Shown piece after piece: positions 8,777-17,246 of a stretch of 64,000 nt of DNA. A model generated the notes under the pieces. It ran no database searches and was not told the DNA's origin. It saw nothing but the letters and a program-made list of their open reading frames with translations. The stretch is from Patescibacteria group bacterium (GTDB taxonomy: Bacteria > Patescibacteriota > JAUYIX01 > JBHPHK01), in NCBI GenBank assembly GCA_042569365.1, contig JBHPHK010000002.1, forward strand, positions 10,494-74,493, read 5' to 3'. A program made the position numbers and the translations under genes. How positions within the stretch are numbered: the first letter of the stretch is position 1; every line of letters begins with the position of its first letter.

Positions 8777-10402
8777 TTAGAATGCAACCAAGTAAGTCAC
8801 CAGCCAGAAGGCTCCGGTGACTAAGAAAAACAAAGGCTGATATATTTTAGGCCTTAAGACTAGCATCGCAGCCAAGACTCCAAAGCCAAGTGAAATCAGC
8901 AGCAGAGACTGAGTCTGCAGTAAGAGCGGTACCGACATGAAGGCGATGAAAACGAGCAGGGCAGCGATCCAGCGGGAGTGCTTCGGCCCAAAGATGACCG
9001 GCAAGGTGAGAACTTGCTGAACTGCGTCTCCTTCCTCGTCTCCAAAATCTTTCAAAGGCGCGAGAAGTCCTGCAAAAAGCAAAACCATAACGATGATCAA
9101 TGGCGGGAAGGCGGTAAAGTCGCGCGCCGGACTCAAAAGTAAGAATCCCAAGAAAACTAGAAGCAAAATATTCAGCCCTAAGAAAAACTGAGTGGCGATC
9201 GGCCAGCGCTTGATGCGAAACGGCTGAGCCGAATACAAAATATTAACAAACAGGATCGCCGCCACGGTAAAGGTGAACGAAAATCCGAGAGGATAGACGC
9301 TGACTAAGGCTAGTCCTCCGAACAGCCAGGCTAGAGTTAAGTTTAACTCCGGGGTAATAATTTTTCGGGGGAGAAGGCGTTTGGGATGGCTGAGTTTATC
9401 TCCGCTGTAGTCAAAATGATCGTTAAGATGTTTCGAAAAGCCCCAAGCGCCAAGTGCGCCGATGATCACGCGCAAAGCAGCGGCGATGCCGAAGAAAGAA
9501 TGATCAAACTGGGAGTCTGGAAATACTTTCAGGGCCAGCAAGAATCCTGCGCCGATCGCAAAGAAATAAAGCGCCAGTCTCTGCCAGCGAAAAGTTTTGA
9601 TCAGCTCTTTGAGAATTTTCCATTTATAGATCGCAAACCAGCCGAGCGCCGTTATGCCTAGTAGAGGTAGGAGCACCATAATGATGCGCAAATCAAAACC
9701 CTGCACAGCCTGCATCGTCAACGGTGCGTTCCAAAGCTCTCCAGATCCCATCCAGAAGCCGATAACATTATTAGCGGTGGCCCAGCCCGCTTCTCGCCAA
9801 CCTTGCGTTACGACATATATCAGAGAGGGAAGCGCTGCAAAAAAGAAAGTGACGACATAAAGTAAGACGGTGCCGCCAATTGTCTTCCACCAGTTTTTTG
9901 TTTTGATAGCTAGATAGAGCAGAGCCAGTAGCAGAAACAAGCCGATCTGTACGCGCATGCCCAGAGTGATTCCGAAGTTGACCTCAGTCCCAAAACTAAA
10001 GAAAGACAAAAAGTCTCTCCATAAAGTCGGCCAGCCTTCGAAAAGATAGGCGGTCCGGTAGTTCCCAACACCTTTCGACGCGATAAAATCAACGATTGGC
10101 ACGATCAGCACGACAGACCAGGCGAGTAAGGTCGCACTGGTGATCCGGCGGATCTTCTCGCGCGTGATCAAAGCTACGATCGCACTCACCACCAAAATAA
10201 TAACCGCATACAACAAGGTCGGATGAATAATCGCTCCCAAAAAAGGCACGAAGGTCCGACCGAGCGAAGAAAACTGTTCTAGAAAGATGCGCAGTGCGCT
10301 CAAAGCCACCAGGCTCAAGACGAAAAAGACCAAACCGCCTCTCGGTTTTTCTACAAATTTGATAGCGGCCCTAAGCCAGTCGAGTTTGTTTCGCTGTTTC
10401 AT
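8777..10402 (-). CDS. UbiA-family prenyltransferase with extra N-terminal multi-TM domain
   Basis: Asp-rich motifs NDHFDYSGD...HPKRLLP and KDFGDEEGD...TLPV, plus YSAQPFRIKR. About 270 aa of additional hydrophobic N-terminal sequence. ATG start at 10402. Confidence 0.88.
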   Translation of the reverse strand: MKQRNKLDWLRAAIKFVEKPRGGLVFFVLSLVALSALRIFLEQFSSLGRTFVPFLGAIIHPTLLYAVIILVVSAIVALITREKIRRITSATLLAWSVVLIVPIVDFIASKGVGNYRTAYLFEGWPTLWRDFLSFFSFGTEVNFGITLGMRVQIGLFLLLALLYLAIKTKNWWKTIGGTVLLYVVTFFFAALPSLIYVVTQGWREAGWATANNVIGFWMGSGELWNAPLTMQAVQGFDLRIIMVLLPLLGITALGWFAIYKWKILKELIKTFRWQRLALYFFAIGAGFLLALKVFPDSQFDHSFFGIAAALRVIIGALGAWGFSKHLNDHFDYSGDKLSHPKRLLPRKIITPELNLTLAWLFGGLALVSVYPLGFSFTFTVAAILFVNILYSAQPFRIKRWPIATQFFLGLNILLLVFLGFLLLSPARDFTAFPPLIIVMVLLFAGLLAPLKDFGDEEGDAVQQVLTLPVIFGPKHSRWIAALLVFIAFMSVPLLLQTQSLLLISLGFGVLAAMLVLRPKIYQPLFFLVTGAFWLVTYLVAF

Positions 10403-10479
10403 TATATTTAAGCCTAGCACGCATACACTTGGGTCGTGAAGTAGACTACGCTAGTATAAGTATATAAGTATTATTGCAA

Positions 10480-11550
10480 ATGCTCGAATTTATCCAAAGT
10501 ATCAAAAAACATCGAAAAGACGTGAATGGTCGCTTGCGACAGCTTTTTCATGAAAAACAAAAGCAGGCTGATCCCGAGCTGAAGCCTACCTATAAGAGAT
10601 TAGAGCGATACACTATGTCGGGCGGCAAGCGCTTAAGGGCTTATTTGGTGAATATGGGCGCTGCTTTTGTCGATAAAGAAATATCTAAAAAGAACTTATT
10701 AGACTTAGGAGCGAGCTTAGAGCTTGGGCACACTGGTATTTTGGTCCATGACGATATTATCGATCGAGATCTTCTGCGGCGCGGGGAGCCGACATTACAT
10801 ATTGCATCCCAAGACTGGCGTAATGACACCAAACGACCTAAAAAGCAGCTTGGATATCTGAATGCCATGACCTGCGGCAATATCCTGGGAGCCTGGGCCA
10901 ACGAAATTTTAATGAACACCGACCTGACTGATTCGCGCAAACTCCTCTTACTAGAGGTGGCAACGCGCACAGGTCTCTTGACGGCGCAGGGGGAGGTTTA
11001 TGATATTCAGCTCGGCGCCGGGAAGCGTCCAGATCTGGATTGGACCGAGCTCCTCGCAATCCAACAGCTCAAGACCGCTCCTTATAGTTTTGAGGGTCCT
11101 TTAGTCTTCGGCGCTCTGGCAGCAGGAGGCTCTAAAGCCGCCTTCGAGGCTTTAGCAGAGTATTCAAACTTAGTAGGATCTGCTTTCCAGTTGCAGGATG
11201 ATATTCTAGGAATCCAAGGCAATAAGGGCAACCAAAAAATAGGCAAAACGCCCGCTGCAGACCTGCGGGAAGGCAAGTTAACGCCTCTTATCAAAATCGC
11301 AATGCAGGAAAGCGGCCAAGCCGGAAAGAAAAAACTCACTCAGCTTCTCGAAAAGCCATCGCGCAACAGCGCGGACATAAATCAAATGAAGCGAGTGATC
11401 GAAAATAGCAATGCCTATGACATTGTTGCCGATGTGGCGGGTAAAAAAGTGAAGTTAGCAGAGAAATGGACAAGACAGAATATAACAGACCAAGAGACGC
11501 GCGCATTATTTACTGCCGTGGCTCGGTTTGTCTTAAATAGAAAGTTCTAA
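10480..11550 (+). CDS. Polyprenyl diphosphate synthase (GGPP/FPP synthase family)
   Basis: GGKRLR, first Asp-rich motif HDDIIDRDLLRRG, LKTAPY, second motif FQLQDDILG, and DLREGKLT. Confidence 0.93.
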   Translation: MLEFIQSIKKHRKDVNGRLRQLFHEKQKQADPELKPTYKRLERYTMSGGKRLRAYLVNMGAAFVDKEISKKNLLDLGASLELGHTGILVHDDIIDRDLLRRGEPTLHIASQDWRNDTKRPKKQLGYLNAMTCGNILGAWANEILMNTDLTDSRKLLLLEVATRTGLLTAQGEVYDIQLGAGKRPDLDWTELLAIQQLKTAPYSFEGPLVFGALAAGGSKAAFEALAEYSNLVGSAFQLQDDILGIQGNKGNQKIGKTPAADLREGKLTPLIKIAMQESGQAGKKKLTQLLEKPSRNSADINQMKRVIENSNAYDIVADVAGKKVKLAEKWTRQNITDQETRALFTAVARFVLNRKF

Positions 11551-12446
11551 TGCCGACGAAGCAAGCCGTATTTAATACAAAACGTCTCCCAAATCTCACA
11601 GACCCTGGAACGATAAAAGAATTGATGAGGATTTTTCGCATAGTACCGCGCAGAAGCCGTGGTCAAAATTTTATTATTAACTCATCAGCGCTAGATAAGA
11701 TAACCCGTGCCGCTAGTTTATCGCGGGAAGACCTGGTGATCGAGATTGGGCCGGGACTGGGAGCTCTTACGGCAGAATTAATCCAAAAAGCCGGCAAGGT
11801 GACGGCAATCGAAATCGATCCGAAGCTTTACGCCATTTTGCAGCAGACTTTCGCGCGGTGGCCGTTCGATAATCTTAATTTCATAAATGAAGACGCGCTG
11901 ACTTTCGATATTGGCTCATTAGCACAACGCTCTATTGATCAATCTTCCGAATTAAAGCAATACAAGATAGTCGCGAATCTTCCGTATTCCATCACAGGGA
12001 GAATGATTCGCAGGATTTTAGAAGCAAAACCAGGTCCGCATTCCATAGTGTTGTTAGTTCAAAAGGAGGTAGCGGAAAGAATGGTAGCCAATCCGCCAAA
12101 GATGAGTATTTTGGGAGTTGCCGTGCAAACATACGGAAAGGCGGAAATTATCAGTACAGTAAAACCTGGCAGCTTTATGCCAAAACCTAACGTAAATTCG
12201 GCTATAATCCGCGTTAAAATGCATAAAAGGCCGTTATTTGGCGATTTAGACAGTAAAAAGTACTTTAAAGTAGTAAAAGCAGGTTTTTCCCAAAAAAGAA
12301 AAACGCTGTCTAACGCACTTTCAGGGGGTTTAGCGCAGGATAAGAAGGAAATAGAGAATAAGTTAAAAAGTATCAATATTGATCCTTCTGTGAGAGCGCA
12401 ACATCTGAAAATTGAGGAATGGGTAAGAATTGCAGAGGCACTCTAG
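11550..12446 (+). CDS. rsmA: 16S rRNA m6,2A dimethyltransferase RsmA/KsgA
   Basis: Motifs GQNFI, EIGPGLGALT, VANLPYSIT, VQKEVAERM and GFSQKRKTL. Confidence 0.96.
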   Translation: MPTKQAVFNTKRLPNLTDPGTIKELMRIFRIVPRRSRGQNFIINSSALDKITRAASLSREDLVIEIGPGLGALTAELIQKAGKVTAIEIDPKLYAILQQTFARWPFDNLNFINEDALTFDIGSLAQRSIDQSSELKQYKIVANLPYSITGRMIRRILEAKPGPHSIVLLVQKEVAERMVANPPKMSILGVAVQTYGKAEIISTVKPGSFMPKPNVNSAIIRVKMHKRPLFGDLDSKKYFKVVKAGFSQKRKTLSNALSGGLAQDKKEIENKLKSINIDPSVRAQHLKIEEWVRIAEAL

Positions 12447-12515
12447 ATATTGACAAATAGACTTGATAATGGCGAAATATAATGGCTTTTGTCCACAATA
12501 ATAAGCCATTATTTT

Positions 12516-12544
12516 TTGGATTGAGGGTCTCTAAATGGTATAAT
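12516..12544 (+). promoter_or_regulatory. Extended -10 promoter for T4SS-like operon
   Basis: TTGGAT-17 nt-TATAAT, with TG two bases before the -10 (TGGTATAAT, 12536-12544). Confidence 0.6.
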
Positions 12545-12667
12545 TTAGCTAACGTAAACGCCTCATGAGATTGGGCAGAGAATGAATTAAGAGGCTTTTG
12601 CATAAGCCGACCTAATAGCCGGAACTAGTTTCGGTTAATGGAGCCGGGAAAACAAAAAAACAAAAAC

Positions 12668-12720
12668 AAAAACCAAAAGGTCGATTCAAATATTTTTCCT
12701 GACCCTTGGTTTTTTATTTT
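12668..12720 (+). terminator. Terminator-like hairpin in 5' leader (possible attenuator)
   Basis: AAAAACCAA..GGTCG pairs with TGACC.TTGGTTTTT and is followed by a T-rich tract. Ends about 26 nt before the first ATG of the operon. Confidence 0.5.
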
Positions 12721-12746
12721 ACTTCTCAAGTTTATTTTTCAGACAA

Positions 12747-13754
12747 ATGACTAAAACGGATTTGAAAAAAACTTTCCCCACAACCATTTCCAAAAATATT
12801 TCATCTACAGAATCTTGGAAGATTGTTTTTGTTTTGATCGGAATCGCAGTCGTTAGTGTATCTGCAATTCAAATCATCAGAAAACAAATCGGGAGCATTG
12901 ATCCTGGCTCCATTGCGGCACAGATCAAGCCGGCGGAAGGAATTGAAAGCGTATCCGATCTCGACACTGATGGTGACGGTCTTTTTGACGCTAAAGAAGA
13001 GCATCTCGGAACAAATCCCCATAACAGTGATACAGATAACGATGGCTTCACTGACGGTGAAGAGATTTTCAACGGATACAATCCTTTATCTGCTGCAATA
13101 GATGGCAGCCAACAGAATTCAGTGAAGATTTTCGGCGAACCACGGGTGATGTATGAAAATATGCAGCCAACAATGACGAGCGCATCCGCAACTTCTGAAG
13201 CGCAGGCGGGAGTCGGAGGTTTAGGTGGTGAGGATGAGGTGATATTAGATAGCGGAGCGATCTCAGATATGTTGCGTCAGGTAAATACGCTAACTAATTA
13301 TTCGATGCCTGATATTAGCGGCATCCCAATCAATATCACGCAGACTTCCGGTAAAACACCAGTCGAGAACTATATGTACGACGTATTGGGCATATTTTCA
13401 CGCTGGGCTCCTTTTGATGACGAGGTAGATATTTCGAACTTTATTGCAGAGGTACAGCAGGGTAATTATGCGCGCGTCGGCGGAGTCATTGAAGCAAAAG
13501 AAGAAGGCCTGAAGGAATTAGCCGAGATTGAAGTTCCTGAAGAAATGTACGATCTGCACACTCAAGGACTGAAGCTCTTAATTGGCGGTAGCAATTCCTT
13601 GATTGCTTTACAGGGAGTAGGTGGTGCTGGCGGTGAAGAGGAGACGATGACACTCTTTTCTCAGATCCAGTATCTTGTAGACCAGACACAGTCATTAGTG
13701 ACAAATATTTCAGCAATAAGTCGAAATTACGACTTGCCATTTGTCTTTGAATAA
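12747..13754 (+). CDS. Membrane-anchored protein with thrombospondin type-3-like Ca-binding repeats and helical C-terminal domain
   Basis: N-terminal TM followed by DTDGDGLFD...GTNPHNSDTDNDGFTDGEE...GYNP. Confidence 0.8.
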   Translation: MTKTDLKKTFPTTISKNISSTESWKIVFVLIGIAVVSVSAIQIIRKQIGSIDPGSIAAQIKPAEGIESVSDLDTDGDGLFDAKEEHLGTNPHNSDTDNDGFTDGEEIFNGYNPLSAAIDGSQQNSVKIFGEPRVMYENMQPTMTSASATSEAQAGVGGLGGEDEVILDSGAISDMLRQVNTLTNYSMPDISGIPINITQTSGKTPVENYMYDVLGIFSRWAPFDDEVDISNFIAEVQQGNYARVGGVIEAKEEGLKELAEIEVPEEMYDLHTQGLKLLIGGSNSLIALQGVGGAGGEEETMTLFSQIQYLVDQTQSLVTNISAISRNYDLPFVFE

Positions 13755-13760
13755 AATAAA

Positions 13761-14828
13761 ATGCACAAATTTTCCCACAAAATCATCGCAGCAATAATCG
13801 TAGTTGGCTTAGCAGCTATAATGTTTGCGCCGCTTAGCGTCAATCGCCAGCGCGCAAACGAAACTTCTCCTTTCCTGCAACCAGCTGTTGCTGATGCGAT
13901 GTGGGGCATGGACGCTGGCATTAAGATTGCTTGGGAAACAGCCTGGAGAGATTATATTCGCGTAAAATTGATCGATCTTGGTAAGTTTTTAAAGCTTCAA
14001 GCTACGATCAAGTTGATCCAGAAGGCTCTTGATGAAACTGAGCTCGGAGGAATGGTGCGGAATTATCGAAGTTTTATTTTCGACGATCTTGCTGATAAAG
14101 CTTTAGATACAATTGATGTTTATTTCGACGACTATCTGCCGGACACTGTAAGTCCCAATGTGAAACGCACAGCAAAAGCAATCGTTAATAACGAGATCCG
14201 GAGTGTAGACGGCATGATTAACACTTTAGGTACGCAGAGCGTTACATCAAACAAACAAGTAAGCACTTCTCAATCCTCAACATCATCGACCGCCCTACTA
14301 AATAATTCCGAGCAAAATTTTTCTCAGAAAACTGTGGCGTGGGTGAAGACATTTTTCAAAGCTCAGTTCGTAGGAACTAAAGCATTATCGCCAAATAACC
14401 CATTGATCGCTTTTGCGTATAATCCGGTACCAACTCAGTGGAAGAATAGTTTCTCTAATTTCAACCAGTTTATAGATAGCGTTGTTCAGTGTAATGGAAG
14501 CGAAACATGTAACGATTCGTTGGCTGCATTGAAGGCAGTTGATAAAGGTATGAAGGAATATAATGCTAGTCAATTATCAGAGACTATACGTACCTTGGTC
14601 TTGAGTGGATACAATACAGAACGAGATAAGGATGGTAATGAAACGCAATGGCCGGGCTTAGCAAAAGCTATGCTCGAGGGTAATGTTCAGCAATTCGCAA
14701 CTATCATTTCAAACTCAGAAGACTACACACCTTCACCAGTCACAACGATGATCGGTGCTTTCATAATCAACTACGTTTTCAATAGTCATGATAATTGGGA
14801 CTCTCTTAATCAACAACGTTTTCAATAA
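13761..14828 (+). CDS. Secreted/membrane hypothetical protein, T4SS-cluster associated
   Basis: Long ORF tightly packed in the operon, with a signal-like N-terminus and a Ser/Thr-rich internal segment. Confidence 0.7.
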   Translation: MHKFSHKIIAAIIVVGLAAIMFAPLSVNRQRANETSPFLQPAVADAMWGMDAGIKIAWETAWRDYIRVKLIDLGKFLKLQATIKLIQKALDETELGGMVRNYRSFIFDDLADKALDTIDVYFDDYLPDTVSPNVKRTAKAIVNNEIRSVDGMINTLGTQSVTSNKQVSTSQSSTSSTALLNNSEQNFSQKTVAWVKTFFKAQFVGTKALSPNNPLIAFAYNPVPTQWKNSFSNFNQFIDSVVQCNGSETCNDSLAALKAVDKGMKEYNASQLSETIRTLVLSGYNTERDKDGNETQWPGLAKAMLEGNVQQFATIISNSEDYTPSPVTTMIGAFIINYVFNSHDNWDSLNQQRFQ

Positions 14829-14860
14829 TTACGTAAACTAGATCTTTTTAAAAATAAGAT

Positions 14861-15403
14861 TTGCTTATGGCAGATACACCAAAAAGTTCATCCAAGAGAA
14901 TTGATGGAGTATCAAGAACCCCAGCTTCGCTTATTCCACGGAAAAGAAAAGTCATAACCCCGGCAGCGGGTTTAGCTGAACAGCCAATTCCTGAAAATAT
15001 TGAAGAGGAAGAAGAGCAGGATTCAATGGATTTTCCTGGTGGCGCTTTTCCATCCCAAGAACGAGCTGAAGAAAAAGCAGATGAAGAAGAGCCGAAGTCT
15101 ACTGAAGATATTGAGCAGGAACGCGCCCGAAATCTTGCGAAAGAAATGAAAAAAGATAGAGCCAAAGCAATGAAGCAGGCAAAAACTCAGGCTAAGGCGG
15201 CGGGTAAGAAGGCGGCAAAGGCGGCGGGTAAGAAGGTGGCAAAAAAAGTCGCGAAGCAGGCAGTGATGAAAGCAGTACAGGCGGTCGCCGCAGCTATTGC
15301 TCCAGAAGCACTGGCAATCATTGGAATAATTGTAGTAGTCATTATTGTTATCATATTAATTTTCGTTTATGGTTGCGATTTACTTCCTTGGATATGTAGT
15401 TAA
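14861..15403 (+). CDS. Hypothetical protein: acidic region, Lys/Ala-rich helix, C-terminal TM anchor
   Basis: ORF within the operon, with KAAGKK repeats and a hydrophobic C-terminus. Start may be the ATG at 14867. Confidence 0.7.
   Translation: MLMADTPKSSSKRIDGVSRTPASLIPRKRKVITPAAGLAEQPIPENIEEEEEQDSMDFPGGAFPSQERAEEKADEEEPKSTEDIEQERARNLAKEMKKDRAKAMKQAKTQAKAAGKKAAKAAGKKVAKKVAKQAVMKAVQAVAAAIAPEALAIIGIIVVVIIVIILIFVYGCDLLPWICS
15194..15241 (+). repeat. 24-bp tandem duplication (2 copies, 1 mismatch) encoding KAAGKK[A/V]A
   Basis: AAGGCGGCGGGTAAGAAGGCGGCA followed by AAGGCGGCGGGTAAGAAGGTGGCA. Confidence 0.9.
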
Positions 15404-15417
15404 ACAATAAAAAATTC

Positions 15418-17217
15418 GTGAAAAAAATAAACACTCTAACATTTAAAAATATAAAAGAAAAAATTCGTAAGAACGAAGTTTTGCTTACGATCGGATTGAT
15501 ACTTGCGGTTGTTGCAATTGTTATCTTTGTGGTGCCATCGGGGGCCTATGCTGCTGGATTTGCAGAGTCTTTAGGTCTCTGGGTATTCCGCATTATTGCA
15601 TTTATGCTCCAGCTCTATGTAGCGCTTCTAGCGATTCTGATCGCCTTTATGTCTGTTATTTTTGACTGGGTAGCGGGATTTGGCGTCTTTAGTCAGGGAA
15701 CGATTAACGAAGGATTGCTGCGCGGCTGGACGCTGTTGGTGAACGTCGCAAACCTGGTCTTCATTTTAATATTGCTGTTTATCGGTATCGCAACAATATT
15801 CCGCGTCGAACAATTTTCAATTCGTCGCTTGTTTGTGCGCGTTATCGTGGCTGTTTTGCTAATAAATTTCAGCTTCTTCTTCACAAAGATTATCACTAAT
15901 GGCGCGGATACGATTCAAAATATTTTCACCAATGGCGCAGTTGTTTTTCCTGAGTGTAGAGAGGCGGGTGTTCCGATCAGCTGTACGATAGGAAACCTGG
16001 TCGGTATCGGAGATTTGAACTGGGAATCGTCTGTAGGAGGACAAATGGAAATTTTTGATACTCTCATGGCGACAGATAGTACCGACGCAGCACTTGATGT
16101 GGCTATTAAGTCTGCCTTTATGATGGTATTCTTTTCTATCTTCTTGTTTGCTATCGCTATAGTTACCATTCTACTCTTGGTGCGTATGGTGGTCTTATGG
16201 ATCCTGGCTACCATTTCGCCATTTGCCTATGTTGCTATGATTTTGCCGAGTACTCGACCGTACTCTAGCCAATGGTGGAATGCGTTATTCCGGTGGGCTC
16301 TGCTTGGTCCGCTGACTTTGATTTTGATAAACGTGGGGATTTTGGTTATGACGCCAATGCAAGTTGTCGTTGATAATATGCCTGGCGGCAATATAAATGT
16401 TGGTCTCTCACAGGTTGTATTAAATGGAGTGCAGGGGCTAGGACTTTTGATTGTGGCCTCAATCTTTATGATAGGTTCGTTGATGGTGGCGCGTCAGATG
16501 GGCGGTTCCATCGCGGGCGCAATCGTAAACAATGCCAATAAAGGAGCAAAGAATCTTGGAAAATGGGCCGGAGGAAAGGCTTCGGGCGCAGTTCTCGGCA
16601 GGAAGGACTCCAAGACAGGCAAGCGCACTGGCGGCTTGATTCGTCGCGCGCCTGGATTGAAGCAGGCTTCTCAAGCTCTTGAAGGACGCGCCAAGGCAAG
16701 ACAGCAAGCCGGCTTGTCACGCGAAAAAGATTACCAAAAAGGAGTTACAGCTAAGACGGGTAAGTATCGCAAGAAAGCAATTTTGGGCGGCAAACACTTT
16801 GATGAAACAGCAGATCCTGAATATAAAAAACGCATCAGTGAGGGAATTAAAGAAAATAAGGATCCAGGCAATTATGTAAGCGCAGAACACCAGTACGCAA
16901 TAATGGACCAGGCTATTAAAGATGGAGATAAAGAAAAAGCAATGATTGCCCATGGATCAATTGGTGCCAATAAAGATATGACTACCAGAAATGATGTTCG
17001 GGGAAATGATTTTAGAGCTGCTACAGATAGGATGCAGGCGGCAGGTTTTATAGATGAAAAACAAGCAGTTGGACATAAGAACGTTGCGCGCAAAGATTCT
17101 CAGAAACGCATTGAAAAGATGCGTGAAAAGAAGGGAAAAGAGGGTAAGAAGAAGCCAGGTAAGACTTATGTGGATGAGTTTGGTGTTAAACGAGATGAAG
17201 AAGGCAATGCAGTTTAA
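15418..17217 (+). CDS. virB6: VirB6/TrbL-like polytopic T4SS membrane protein
   Basis: Motifs GW.L..NVANL.FI..LL.IG.ATI, A.LLINFS, and RMVVLWILATISPFAY...LP.T..Y..QWW..L. Has a basic cytoplasmic tail and lies upstream of prgI/virB4. Confidence 0.82.
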   Translation: MKKINTLTFKNIKEKIRKNEVLLTIGLILAVVAIVIFVVPSGAYAAGFAESLGLWVFRIIAFMLQLYVALLAILIAFMSVIFDWVAGFGVFSQGTINEGLLRGWTLLVNVANLVFILILLFIGIATIFRVEQFSIRRLFVRVIVAVLLINFSFFFTKIITNGADTIQNIFTNGAVVFPECREAGVPISCTIGNLVGIGDLNWESSVGGQMEIFDTLMATDSTDAALDVAIKSAFMMVFFSIFLFAIAIVTILLLVRMVVLWILATISPFAYVAMILPSTRPYSSQWWNALFRWALLGPLTLILINVGILVMTPMQVVVDNMPGGNINVGLSQVVLNGVQGLGLLIVASIFMIGSLMVARQMGGSIAGAIVNNANKGAKNLGKWAGGKASGAVLGRKDSKTGKRTGGLIRRAPGLKQASQALEGRAKARQQAGLSREKDYQKGVTAKTGKYRKKAILGGKHFDETADPEYKKRISEGIKENKDPGNYVSAEHQYAIMDQAIKDGDKEKAMIAHGSIGANKDMTTRNDVRGNDFRAATDRMQAAGFIDEKQAVGHKNVARKDSQKRIEKMREKKGKEGKKKPGKTYVDEFGVKRDEEGNAV

Positions 17218-17246
17218 GAATCAAAAATATTAAGTTAGATTAATTT

